Assembly (NCBI GenBank): GCA_963808625.1
Contig: CAWEHK010000036.1
Span: 1 to 64,000, forward strand
Source: an uncultured delta proteobacterium
GTDB lineage: Bacteria > Desulfobacterota > Syntrophobacteria > Syntrophobacterales > Syntrophobacteraceae
DNA length: 64,000 nucleotides
Direction of reading: 5' to 3'
Below the pieces are notes generated by a model that was not told where the DNA came from, ran no database searches, and saw nothing but the letters and a program-made list of their open reading frames with translations. A program made the position numbers and the translations under genes. Positions 1 to 10,256 of this stretch are shown here, one piece after another (the first letter of the stretch is position 1; every line of letters begins with the position of its first letter).

Positions 1-126
1 GAGGACGGCGACGTGCAGAAGATTTCCGACATCGTCGGTCGTGGCCTCATCGAGAAAGACGGCCGCGACTGGGCACTCAAGACCAGGAACTGTCAGGCTG
101 TGGATCTCCCTGCTTCTGGCCTCTAG
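1..126 (+). CDS. C-terminal fragment of an unidentified protein (runs off window start)
   Basis: Open frame 1 from base 1 (EDGDVQKISDIVGRGLIEKDG...) to TAG at 124-126. Confidence 0.4.
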   Translation, partial: EDGDVQKISDIVGRGLIEKDGRDWALKTRNCQAVDLPASGL

Positions 127-195
127 CCGGCGCAGCTTCCACGCCTGCGTAACCTCCGCCGAATGTAAAACAAATGTAAAACAAAGGAGAAGGAC

Positions 196-714
196 ATGAA
201 GAGATGGACCGTGTTAGCCGTAGTGTTGTGTCTTTTGCTGACCGCTTACGCTTTTGCTCAGGAGGACATAACCAAGCAGAAGGCGTGTAAGTACTGTGGT
301 ATGGACCGAGAAAAATTTGCCCACAGCAGAATGCTCATTGAATATGAGGATGGAACAGCGGTCGGAACCTGCAGCATCCATTGTGCAGCCATAGATCTGG
401 CCACCAATATCGATAAGACACCCAAAGTGATCTGGGTGGGAGATTACCAGACCAAGGAACTCATCGACGTCGAGAAGGCGGTTTGGGTGATCGGTGGAAA
501 CAAAATGGGGGTCATGACGAAGAACGCCAAATGGGCCTTCGGCAAGAGTGAGGAGGCTAAGGCATTCGTGGCGGCGAATGGCGGCAATATCGGCACCTTT
601 GACCAGGCTATGAAGGCAGCCTACGAAGACATGTATACCGACACCAAAATGATCCGGGAGAAGAGAAAAGCCATGAAACAAGCGAGCATGGGGCAGAAAG
701 AACATAAGCAATAA
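196..714 (+). CDS. NosL-family metal (Cu)-binding exported protein
   Basis: Signal peptide, CKYCGM motif, CSIHC, MGVMT...WAF NosL-like motifs; RBS AAGGA. Confidence 0.8.
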   Translation: MKRWTVLAVVLCLLLTAYAFAQEDITKQKACKYCGMDREKFAHSRMLIEYEDGTAVGTCSIHCAAIDLATNIDKTPKVIWVGDYQTKELIDVEKAVWVIGGNKMGVMTKNAKWAFGKSEEAKAFVAANGGNIGTFDQAMKAAYEDMYTDTKMIREKRKAMKQASMGQKEHKQ

Positions 715-774
715 TGACATGCATTATTTCGATTGCTTCATTCCGTGCAGCTCCACCATGCACCGGGAGGAATT

Positions 775-1250
775 ATGAAGCGTAGAGTATTGGGTCTTTT
801 GGTGGTCTTGTTTCTGGCAGCAGGGCTTGGCTGGGCCGCCGGAACAGGTCCTGTCAAGCCGAGGGAGAGGGACAAATGCCCGGTCTGTGGCATGTTTGTG
901 GCCCCGTATCCGGATTTTGTGGCGGAGATTCTCTTCAAAGATGGCTCCATGTTGTCTTTGATGGGATGAAGGATATGATGAAATACTATTTGAACATGAA
1001 GAAATACGAAAAAGGCAGGGACCCGTCCGACATCGAAGCGATTCACGTAACCGATTACTATAGCTTGAGTTTTGTTGACGGACAGGCAGCCTTCTATGTT
1101 TTGGGAAGCGACGTCTATGGACCGATGGGCAAGGAGTTCATTCCTTTCGGTAAGGAAGCTGAAGCCCGGCAGTTCATGAACGACCATCAAGGGAAGGCCA
1201 TCCTGAAGTTTATCGAAATCACAAGAGAAATGATCGAAAAGATGGACTGA
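775..1250 (+). CDS. NosL-family protein (one frameshift near 945)
   Basis: Signal peptide + CPVCGM in ORF 733-969 continues as FDGMKDM...GSDVYGPMGKEFIPF in ORF 876-1250. Confidence 0.8.
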
Positions 1251-1255
1251 TTCCC

Positions 1256-1549
1256 ATGAGAAGGTCCAATGCGTTTCTCTTATACCTTGCTTTGTGTGGG
1301 CTCATTCTTTGCGCTCTCTCTGGGCACGCCCTGTACCAGAAGAACGCCGATCTGAAGCTTCTCGAGGCAAAGAGCAGGCTCGTGAGGACGCTTGAGTTGA
1401 CCGATCTGTGCCTCTTCACCGAGGCTAGCTACACCAGGCACTTATCTCAGGCCGACTTGCATACGCCATTCCAGGATTCCCCCATGCACTGGATCATTTT
1501 CCTTCGGGATGATCGTCCAGCCGCCGGCAAGCATCAGGAGGACCCATGG
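1256..1549 (+). CDS. Small membrane-anchored hypothetical protein of the NosL/ABC cluster (3' end approximate, probable frameshift)
   Basis: N-terminal TM, LTDLCLFTEASYTRHLSQAD segment; operon position. Confidence 0.55.
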
Positions 1550-2682
1550 CAGGGTGGATTGAACGGCAAAAGAACATCCTGGATTTCACCCTGTCCTCTC
1601 TCTTCCGGAGGAAGGGGAAGAATGCAGCGCTGGCGCTTGTCTATATTCTCATCGTATTTCTGCTGGCTTCGGTAATGTTTTTCACACACGCCATCAAACA
1701 GGAGGCGGCCCTCATCATGGAGAACGCGCCCGAGATGGTGGTGCAGAGGTCGGTTGCCGGCAGGCATGATCCGATCCCGATAAGCTATATGGACAAGATC
1801 AAGGACATAACCGGTGTCAGTTCCGTCAAGAAGCGGCTCTGGGGCTACTATTTCGACTCGCCTTCAGGGGCCAATTATACCCTGATGGCCCCGGAGGATG
1901 TTCACCTCGAACCCGAAAGCATCATCATCGGGGAAGGAATCTCCAGAATCCGGCAGGTCTTCAAAGGCGGCACCATGAGATTCAAAACCTATGACGGGAA
2001 GCTGGTTGAATTTCGCGTAAAGACCATCATGCCCTCAGAATCCGGGCTGGTTTCTTCGGATCTCGTCCTGATCTCCGAAGATGGTTTTCGAAGGCTTTTT
2101 GGAGGCTCGGCTGATTACGCCACCGACTTGACGCTCCAGGTCAAAAATCCACGGGAACTGTCGGTTATCGCCACGAAAATCGTGGCAGCCTTTCCCGATA
2201 CGCGACCGATTCTGCGTGATGAACTGCTGCGGACCTACGACTCTGTCTTCAACTGGCGCGGCGGGTTGATGATCTTCGTGCTTTCCGGGGCCCTGCTCGC
2301 CTTTCTCATCCTGGCCTGGGAAAAGGCTTCGGGGATGAGTTTCGAGGAACGCAAAGAGATCGGCATCCTGAAAGGGATCGGATGGGAGACTTCGGAAGTG
2401 GTGCTGATGAAGTTCTGGGAAGGCGTAGTCGTTTCCCTCTCGTCTTTCCTGGCCGGCATCATTCTGGCCTACCTTCATGTGTTCTTCACCTCGGCAGCCT
2501 TGTTCGAGCCCGTTCTCAAAGGCTGGGCGGTGTTGTATCCAAGATTTGCACTGACCCCCTTTATCGACGCTTCCCAGGTCGCCACGCTGCTCTTCCTGAC
2601 AGTGGTGCCCTATACCCTGGCGACGATTATCCCTTCTTGGAGGGCGGCAACGGTCGACCCGGATTCCGTCATGAGGATGTAA
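1546..2682 (+). CDS. ABC transporter permease, FtsX/LolE-like
   Basis: N-terminal TM, periplasmic loop, ERKEIGILKGIGW motif, C-terminal TMs. Confidence 0.85.
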   Translation: MAGWIERQKNILDFTLSSLFRRKGKNAALALVYILIVFLLASVMFFTHAIKQEAALIMENAPEMVVQRSVAGRHDPIPISYMDKIKDITGVSSVKKRLWGYYFDSPSGANYTLMAPEDVHLEPESIIIGEGISRIRQVFKGGTMRFKTYDGKLVEFRVKTIMPSESGLVSSDLVLISEDGFRRLFGGSADYATDLTLQVKNPRELSVIATKIVAAFPDTRPILRDELLRTYDSVFNWRGGLMIFVLSGALLAFLILAWEKASGMSFEERKEIGILKGIGWETSEVVLMKFWEGVVVSLSSFLAGIILAYLHVFFTSAALFEPVLKGWAVLYPRFALTPFIDASQVATLLFLTVVPYTLATIIPSWRAATVDPDSVMRM

Positions 2683-3426
2683 ATGATTCAATTGCTGCAG
2701 GTGAAAAAAGTCTATAATCAAGGGAAGCCCAACGAGTTTACCGCGATTGACAGCATCAGCCTTCAGCTTGAAGACCACGAAGTCACCGTTTTCAAGGGTC
2801 CGAGCGGTTCCGGAAAAACGACCCTGCTGAGCCTCCTGGGCTGCATGACCCGACCTACCTCCGGACGGATCCATCTCATGGGAAAGGAGATCACCAGCCT
2901 GCCGGAAAGATTTCTTACGGAGATTCGGCGAAAAACGTTTGGCTTTGTTTTCCAGCAATTTCACCTCGTGAAAGGGATCAGCGTCCTCGAAAATGTGATG
3001 CTCCCCGCCTACCCCTGTGGGGAGAAGTTGGCAGTACTGAAAGAGAGAGCCATGCAGTTGCTCGATCTCTTCAAGATCTCTCAAAAGGCCCATACCAGGG
3101 TCGAATGGCTCTCCGGCGGGGAAGCTCAGCGGGTGGCCATCGCGAGGGCCTTGATCAACGGTCCGTCCGTCATCATCGCCGACGAACCTACCGCTCACCT
3201 CGATTCGGCTCATTCTCTCGAGTTGGTGGAGATTCTGAGGGGGCTCAAGGATGACCGAAAGACCATCCTCATCGCCAGCCACGACCCGCTCGTCTATGAA
3301 TCCGCGATCGTCGATCGGGTCGTGCAGGTGCGGGATGGCAAAGTAGCCGCAGCAGATGACGGGACGCAACCTCAGGAACCGTCTCTGCGCCTGGTTGCAT
3401 TGCCCAGACTGCTGAAGGGGATGTGA
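2683..3426 (+). CDS. ABC transporter ATP-binding protein (LolD/MacB-like)
   Basis: GPSGSGKT Walker A, LSGGEAQRV signature, IIADEPT Walker B. Confidence 0.9.
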   Translation: MIQLLQVKKVYNQGKPNEFTAIDSISLQLEDHEVTVFKGPSGSGKTTLLSLLGCMTRPTSGRIHLMGKEITSLPERFLTEIRRKTFGFVFQQFHLVKGISVLENVMLPAYPCGEKLAVLKERAMQLLDLFKISQKAHTRVEWLSGGEAQRVAIARALINGPSVIIADEPTAHLDSAHSLELVEILRGLKDDRKTILIASHDPLVYESAIVDRVVQVRDGKVAAADDGTQPQEPSLRLVALPRLLKGM

Positions 3427-3439
3427 GGAGAGATGACCG

Positions 3440-4438
3440 ATGCCCTTCCATCCTTCCATCATCGCCCTCTGTATGGCATCCGCCCTCATTGGCCTCATGG
3501 TTTCCTATTCTGCCTGCTATGGCATCAAGATCTTGAGATGGTGGGATATAAAAAGCGGAAGTGAGCTGCAGCTGGTTCTTGAAAGAAAGACGTACCTCAT
3601 ATCCACTATCCTTACCTATGCCTTTGGCTTCTACCTTATCTCCCTCTTTCTCTATGTGGTTACCGTTGACCGCCTTCATGTCCTTTTCACTGGGGCCATG
3701 TGTGCCGCAGGTGTCCTGAAAGTCAATAGTTACGGGTATCCTACTCTTATCCTCAAGATCGCTATTTTCTTGTTTGCAGGTCTATGGCTCATCGTAAACT
3801 TTGCCGACAATCAGGCTTATGATTATCCGCTGATCAAGAAGAAGTATCTGCTATTGACTATTCTGACTCCTCTAATCATAATGGAGACAATCCTCCAAGC
3901 CGTTTATTTTTTTCAGTTGCGTCCCAATATTATCACTTCCTGCTGCGGGAGGCTTTTCAGTGCGGGCGGAAATAATCTGGCTTCGGAGATCGCCGCCCTG
4001 CCTGCTATTCCCATGCAGCTTGCGTTTTATTCGAGCATGATTCTGACAAGCTATCTGGGACTTGCCTTTTATCGGAGAGGAGAGAAGGGATACCTTTTCT
4101 CAACGATGATCGGCATCGCTTTTCTTGTGTCCCTGGCCTCTATCATTTCGTTCATATCAGTCTATTATTATGAGTTGCCGACCCATCACTGCCCGTTCTG
4201 CATCTTGCAAAAGGAATACGGGTATGCCGGCTATTTCTTGTACCTCTCTTTGCTGGGAGGAGCGATTGCGGGAATGGGGGTTGGGTTATTGATGCCCTTC
4301 AAAAGGATCGAAAGCCTCTTAGAAATCATCCCCTCTCTTCAAAAGAAGCTTGTGGTCGTTGCCATGGTCTTGTTCCTGATTTTCACGACCCTCGTAACCT
4401 ACCGCATAATCATCTCAAACTTGAACCTTATCTTTTGA
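3440..4438 (+). CDS. Polytopic membrane protein with conserved Cys/His motifs
   Basis: Multiple TMs; GAMCAAG, ITSCCG, PTHHCPFC motifs. Confidence 0.7.
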   Translation: MPFHPSIIALCMASALIGLMVSYSACYGIKILRWWDIKSGSELQLVLERKTYLISTILTYAFGFYLISLFLYVVTVDRLHVLFTGAMCAAGVLKVNSYGYPTLILKIAIFLFAGLWLIVNFADNQAYDYPLIKKKYLLLTILTPLIIMETILQAVYFFQLRPNIITSCCGRLFSAGGNNLASEIAALPAIPMQLAFYSSMILTSYLGLAFYRRGEKGYLFSTMIGIAFLVSLASIISFISVYYYELPTHHCPFCILQKEYGYAGYFLYLSLLGGAIAGMGVGLLMPFKRIESLLEIIPSLQKKLVVVAMVLFLIFTTLVTYRIIISNLNLIF

Positions 4439-5099
4439 CGATCCGACCGGCTAAAAGAGGGTTCTTCCCATGGAGGCTCGTGACAGCGAACTCAACTCGC
4501 TGTGCTGTTCCCGCACTCGCAGTACACAACTCAGTTGGTGCTCTCGCTGCGGCGCAATCGATTGGTTACGGCACCGAGAATTTCCAAACTCCCATGAATT
4601 GTCGAATATTCCGTGTTTTTGCCTTGACGTTAATTTCGATCGGTTTCGCCGGGATCAAGGGAGGCATAGAAGCACGGTGAAAATCTCGTCAAATTATACG
4701 GTTGAACCGCAGGAAACGGCGGTCGTGCAGCGGTTGGAAGGTTCATCACACTGCTGATGCCGGGTTGCATTTCAAAATTCCCTTTGGCATTGAAACGGTC
4801 CGGAAGGTGGTTAGGCCGGGTGCTTCAGCGGGAATATGGATATCGCGCGGTCAGCCGGGGTCGGCTCACGGTTTGTGGAAAAAGGTTATGAAGAGGAATC
4901 CATGATGTCAGCGGCGATCTGAATGTTGTGGATATTCAATGGACGGTTCAATCTCAAGGTGGGGGACCAGGTCTATGTCTGCGGTTCGGGAAGGAGCTGA
5001 AAAAGGTCGAATAGGGACCTGGGGATCGAAGCCTGCCCGTGGCGACCTCACCCGATTCGCAGGAATCGCCGAGATGTCTGCCGGTAGGCAGTGCCGTGG

Positions 5100-6280
5100 C
5101 GTTCTCCGCCCTGGAGCCTTCATCGCTAATCCTCCAGGAAACAGCCATACCTCGCGGGTGAGCGGAACCGTGTGTTCGGCGAGGGATACCAGTATCGATT
5201 CCTGTGCGTTGAGTTGAGGGAAAGCTCTGGCAAACTTGACCAGAGACGAAGCCAGGGGTGCGGAAGGTGTCTTGTTGAATTTGATCTGGACCGGAACAAC
5301 CCTTCGGAAGGACCGTTCGACGAGGAGGTCCACTTCCAGCCCGGCAGCGGTGCGCAGATAGAAAAGCGGTGGCCGTTCTCCACGGTGGAGGTAGATTTTT
5401 AAGGTTTCCTGGATGCAGAAGTTTTCGAATAGAGGCCCGCCAGGGTCGCTTTTAGCAGCGTCTCCTGAGTGCGGATTCCGGTCAGGTGCGCGACCAGACC
5501 GATGTCGAGAAAATAGAGTTTGGGTGCCTTGACGATCCGCTTCCCAGGTTGGCGTAGTAGGGCGGAAGCAGATAGACGATGCGACTGGCTTCGAGGATCG
5601 ACAGCCAGCTCTTGATGGTTGGCACCGAAACACCCAGATGCCTGGAATACTCGGAAAGATTCAGTTGCTGCGCGCAATGGGCGGCGAGGAGCTGAAGAAA
5701 ACGCTGGAAGTCGCGCAGATTGCCGATGTTGTAGATGGTGCGGATATCCCGTTCGAGGTAGGTCTGCAGATAGGAGGCGCACCAGGCGTGAATGTCCGCC
5801 GTCGTATACAAAGCGGGCTCCGGATAAGATCCGGTGAGGGCCGCATGGGTAAAAGCCGAGAGGGTATCAGGAAGATCGAGGGCTCGCCGCTTTTCGGCAG
5901 ACCGAAGGGAAGCAGCTCCAACAGGGCAATTCTTCCTGCCAGCGTTTCCCCGAGATTCCTGATCATGGCGAACTGCTGGGAACCGGTGAAGACGAATAGG
6001 CCACGCCGGTCACGGTTGCCGTCAACGATCATCTTGACGTACGAGAGCAGACTCGGTGCATACTGGATTTCATCGATGATCGCCCGCTCACCAGAGAATC
6101 GAGAAAGAAGCGGGGATCGCTCAAAGCCTGCTCGCGCAGGAGCGGGTCGTCGAGCGAGACGTAGCGGTAGTCCGGCAGGAGGTGTTTGAGAAGCGTAGAT
6201 TTCCCGTCCGGCGCGGCCACTCAGCACAAGGCAGGGGAACGTCTCCAGCAAAACGCTTCCTCCATGGAGTGCACCACCTT
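5100..6280 (-). pseudogene. AAA_14/DUF4143 ATP-binding protein, multiply frameshifted (ends approximate)
   Basis: Fragments GKSTLL, IIDEIQYAP, FTGSQQF, YLQTYLERDIR, KAPKLYFLDIGL, LFENF, EVDLL across frames. Confidence 0.75.
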
Positions 6281-6681
6281 GAAACTGCCGCCGCTCTGGT
6301 GGGCTTTAGCCGTCGGCGGAGGGAAGGCTCACTCACGGGAGAAGGTTGTCGCATGAAAGCAACTTGTTATTACATCCAATGCTGGCAAAGGTCAATGCAG
6401 ATTTAAAGTGACACATTAAATATTCATATACAGAGTAGATGGTTGGGGGGCATGGTCGGGTGTGTCTTTCTGAAAAGGGTGCGTGACGGAAAATCGGACG
6501 GGCGAAGAACGAGAGAATCAATAGGGGAAATGAAATCTTGGCCCGTTTTGAACTCCGTGCAGCAAGCGGGCATTGAGGGAACAGCTCCCTAGACCCCGAA
6601 ACGTGGGACGGCGGAAGCTTCAGCGCTTCCAGCGGTTTCACGGGACCCTCGAAGGCGGTAGCAGCGCAGGCAATGATCGGC

Positions 6682-7755
6682 TTATTTCCTTGCCATCCAG
6701 AGATAGCAGGCCAGGGCGGCAAAGATGACGTCCCCGATCCATACTCCCAGGAAGGGCGGAAGGATGCCGGCCGTGGCCAGGGCCGATCCGAGATGAAGCG
6801 CCGTAAAATACAGAGAAGCCACCACCAGAGCAACGCCAACTCCCAAGGCAATGCCGCCGTGCAGCCCCTGGCTCAGCGCGATGGTCACGCCCAGCAGGGC
6901 CAGAATAAAGGTGGTCAAGGGCAGGGCGAGGCGCATCTGCAGTTCCACCTCGTACGGTTTGGCGTTGTATCCCTCTGTTCGGATCTTGCTCGTATAGTGG
7001 TAGAGGGCAAGCCAACCCAATTCTTCGGGAATGGTTTCAAGGCGCGAAAAGTCTCCGGGGGTCTCGGCGAGGTTGAGCTCCCTCTCGGAGAACCGCTCCT
7101 CTTCAATCTCCGACCCGCCAAACTTCAGGCTCAGGCCCTCTTCAGCGATCCAGCGATTGTCCTTCCAGCGAATACGCTTCGCGTCCAGGCGCTCGGACAG
7201 TTTAAACTGCGGGTCCAGGTAGAAGAGCGATGCCCTTTCCAGAGTTTCTTCACCTTTGTTGTAGAGACGGATCTGATAGATCACATCCTGTCCGCGGTAC
7301 CAGAAATCTTCATGGCTTAACGACAGGGAAGCGGTTTGGTTGAGGACCTGCCGTTGCCAGATCTGTTCCGCTTTCTGGTTCATGGCGCGCGCCAGGTTCT
7401 CATCGATAAGGAAATGAACGAAAGAGAGCGCCAGGGCCGTGAAAAGAATCGGTCTGACATAGGAAAGGGGTTTGATCCCGGCGGTTTCAAGGGCAATCAA
7501 TTCCCGATTGCGCTTGAGAATCCCCAGAGCAAGCAGGGACCCGAGAAGCGAAGCCATCGGAATTCCCTGAGTCAGGATGTAAGGCATTTTCAGGATGAAA
7601 TAGAAGAACATATCTTGCGCCGGAACATGCTTTTCCAGCAGATTGTCCACTTTTTCAAAAAAATCGATGATCAGGTATAGCCCGACAATGGCGAAAAGCG
7701 CTAACCCGAAAACCGGGAAAAAATGACGCAGGACATAGCGGGGGATGATCTTCAT
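6682..7755 (-). CDS. lptG: LPS export ABC transporter permease LptG
   Basis: LptF/G architecture (RNRELIALETAGI), second gene of tandem pair. Confidence 0.85.
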   Translation of the reverse strand: MKIIPRYVLRHFFPVFGLALFAIVGLYLIIDFFEKVDNLLEKHVPAQDMFFYFILKMPYILTQGIPMASLLGSLLALGILKRNRELIALETAGIKPLSYVRPILFTALALSFVHFLIDENLARAMNQKAEQIWQRQVLNQTASLSLSHEDFWYRGQDVIYQIRLYNKGEETLERASLFYLDPQFKLSERLDAKRIRWKDNRWIAEEGLSLKFGGSEIEEERFSERELNLAETPGDFSRLETIPEELGWLALYHYTSKIRTEGYNAKPYEVELQMRLALPLTTFILALLGVTIALSQGLHGGIALGVGVALVVASLYFTALHLGSALATAGILPPFLGVWIGDVIFAALACYLWMARK

Positions 7756-7756
7756 G

Positions 7757-8947
7757 TCAGGATTTACCCCGTCCATGTGAGAGGGTAGCGCCAGCCGAAT
7801 GCTGCCGGATGTGCCGCCGGCTGCGCCAGATTGCCCCGACTCCCGTGGGGATCTCCCGTTGTATCTTAAGCCAAAGGTAGCCGGCTACCATCGCCGTCAA
7901 CAGGTTGGGGAGCCAAACCGCAAGAAAAGGTGAAATGAGCCCGTTCTCGCCCAGTCCTTTCCCGGCGGAGAGCGCGACATAGTAGGCGAGGAAAACCCCG
8001 AGTCCGACACTGATACCAGCCATTCTCCCACTCTGGCGAAACAGGGCCCCCAGCGGTGCACCCACCAGGCCGAGCAGCAGGCAGCTCAAAGGCAGGGCCA
8101 GGCGGCGATGCAGCTCAAGCGAAAAACTTAGATCGTAGTTTGGCCCTCCCTCTCGGATTAGCGTCACCAGTTCACGGAGACTCATTTCCTTCCTTCCCTT
8201 CCGAAACTCCGACGATTCCCCGAAAAGTTCATCCATGGAAAGGGCCAGGTCGTAGTTCTTGAAGGCTATGGCCTGGGCACTCTTAAGGTCGTCCGCAACC
8301 CGTGTGATCATGCCGTTGAAGATTTTGAAGATAAGTTGGCTGCCGTCGCTGGGAAAGGCAATTTGGGCATGATCCGCAACGATGACCGCGCGGAGGTCAG
8401 GCTGCCGGTTGTCCTGCACAAAGACCCCCTCGATCTTGAGATTCGCCGGGTCCACCGACCCGAAAAAGAAGACTACCTTTGGGATGTTGTCAATAAAGGA
8501 GCCCTCTTTCAGGAGCACGGGGAGGATGCTGCGCCCGAGAGATTTGAGCTTCATCTCGAAGGCCCGATTGGCTGACGGCATCAGGTACAGGGCATTGAAA
8601 TAAGAAAACAGGGTGGTGAGGACAAGCAAGGAAAGAATCGCCGGAAGAAACTGGTGAAAGCCGACACCGGCGGCACGCAGAGCAACCAGTTCATTGTCGC
8701 TGTTAAGCCGCACGAAAGCCAGCAGGACACCTACCAGCGTCGCCATGGGGAGGGCATAGAGAACCAGATTGGGCATGGCAAAAGCCATGATTTCCAGGAG
8801 GTCGCCGGCGGTGACCGAAGAGGTAAAAAGGTAGCGGGTAAGCTGCAACAGCCGTCCCGTGATAAGGACCAGGCTCAGCCCGAAGAAGCACACACTCAAC
8901 GGGACAACTTGCTCTGCGATCAGGTACTTGTAAAGGGTCTTTTTCAT
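7757..8947 (-). CDS. lptF: LPS export ABC transporter permease LptF
   Basis: RLNSDNELVALRAAG, ELHRRLALP motifs. Confidence 0.85.
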   Translation of the reverse strand: MKKTLYKYLIAEQVVPLSVCFFGLSLVLITGRLLQLTRYLFTSSVTAGDLLEIMAFAMPNLVLYALPMATLVGVLLAFVRLNSDNELVALRAAGVGFHQFLPAILSLLVLTTLFSYFNALYLMPSANRAFEMKLKSLGRSILPVLLKEGSFIDNIPKVVFFFGSVDPANLKIEGVFVQDNRQPDLRAVIVADHAQIAFPSDGSQLIFKIFNGMITRVADDLKSAQAIAFKNYDLALSMDELFGESSEFRKGRKEMSLRELVTLIREGGPNYDLSFSLELHRRLALPLSCLLLGLVGAPLGALFRQSGRMAGISVGLGVFLAYYVALSAGKGLGENGLISPFLAVWLPNLLTAMVAGYLWLKIQREIPTGVGAIWRSRRHIRQHSAGATLSHGRGKS

Positions 8948-9065
8948 CGGTCACAATCTATCGGAAAGAAACGGCCGAGGTCAACGTGAAAAGGGGTGTA
9001 GTCAGAAGTGGGAGTTCGCCGTTGCCTCATGTGACCATTACCTGATTGCGAATGAGCCTGCATGG

Positions 9066-9143
9066 TTTCGGTGGGCGCAAAAAGACGCGCCCACCCTACG
9101 CCACGGCCCAATTGTAGGGTGGGCACAGCTTTACCGTGCCCAC
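9066..9143. repeat. Pair of GTAG-type REP-like palindromes
   Basis: GGTGGGCGC..GCGCCCACCCTAC followed by GTAGGGTGGGCAC..GTGCCCACC. Confidence 0.7.
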
Positions 9144-9320
9144 CAGGACAGAAGACCCTGCCTTTCAGTAATTTCCAGCTCCCACTTCTGTTCACACCCC
9201 GTGAAAAGGGCGGCAAGGACAGCTCGGTGCTCAGACTCGCCCTCCCCACCGGAAATATGCGGAAATATGTACCTTGACAGAAGATTTTTGCGCGTGGTAT
9301 CGGGAGCGCTGCTGAAATAG

Positions 9321-9365
9321 TGGCCAGTGGTCAGTGATGAGTGATGAGTAATGAGTGATGAGCGA
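9321..9365. repeat. 7-mer tandem tract (GTGATGA-like)
   Basis: gtggccagtggtcagtgatgagtgatgagtaatgagtgatgag. Confidence 0.8.
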
Positions 9366-9504
9366 CCGGTGATTAGTTCTCTGAGATCCCGCTGGAAGCT
9401 CGGCCATGGGGGGTTAGATAAAACGGAGTTTACCTTTCGCCTGGAGAGGGTAGAATCGAAAACACCACGGTGGTGGAATAGCGACGTGCTGATATAGGTG
9501 AGAT

Positions 9505-10221
9505 ATGATGGGAAAGTCAAAGCGGTTCGTTGACTGGGAGGGGACTTCGGCTGGTCCGTCTGAAGAACGTGAGGCCGGGGAGAACGACCTCGACGAGGAA
9601 ATCATCGATCTTGAGGAGGTTATCGAACCTCACGGGGGTAGCCCTGACCAGGATGACGAACTGGTCTTCGACGTGGAAATCCTGGATGAAGGAACAGGTC
9701 TCGGCTTTGAAGACCTCGCCGGCAAAATTGAGTCCGAAGAGGACTTCCTCCTTGAAGGTGACCTCCTGAAGGATTTACCCTTTTTTGAAAACCGCGAGAG
9801 CGCACCCGAACCCCCTCAAGCCCGCGAGGTCGCATTCGAATCCCCTCCAGCACCCGAGGTCGCGCGAGAAGGGATCGAAAAGCCTGCTCTAGGGCTTTTG
9901 TTGGAAAGGCTCGAAGCCCCCCCCGAGCAGGTCGAGGACGGAGGGGAGGCAGATGAGTCTGAGAGGATCGTGCCTGATCTGTTGGTTTTGCCTATTGTGC
10001 CTGAGGCGCCGGTGATGCCATCCGCGCCCGAGGTATCGGTTTTGCCGGTCGCACCACCCGCCGAAGCAAGCGTTTCCCTGGATGAATTCGTTGCTCAGAT
10101 TGAGAGCCGGTTAGTTGAAACCATTCGGGAAATGGTTGCAGCCAGGTTGCCCGAGATTGTGCGTACGGTATTAAAAGAAGAGATTGAACGACTGAAAGAC
10201 GGCCACGAACCGGAAGCGTAG
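9505..10221 (+). CDS. Acidic, proline-rich disordered protein with C-terminal amphipathic helix (PopZ/DUF2497- or RomR-C-like)
   Basis: Very E/D/P-rich; C-terminus LPEIVRTVLKEEIERLK; immediately upstream of valS. Confidence 0.6.
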   Translation: MMGKSKRFVDWEGTSAGPSEEREAGENDLDEEIIDLEEVIEPHGGSPDQDDELVFDVEILDEGTGLGFEDLAGKIESEEDFLLEGDLLKDLPFFENRESAPEPPQAREVAFESPPAPEVAREGIEKPALGLLLERLEAPPEQVEDGGEADESERIVPDLLVLPIVPEAPVMPSAPEVSVLPVAPPAEASVSLDEFVAQIESRLVETIREMVAARLPEIVRTVLKEEIERLKDGHEPEA

Positions 10222-10256
10222 TTGACCATTTGGAATGGACCACGGGGAGCACTTCC

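Noticed and set aside
2035..3498. Long antisense ORFs (also 10095-11495, 40378-42027, 47381-48502, 49144-50103)
   Set aside because: Shadows of well-supported genes on the opposite strand in GC-rich DNA
4440..4905. Short ORFs between the NosL cluster and the AAA pseudogene
   Set aside because: No RBS, motif or consistent frame
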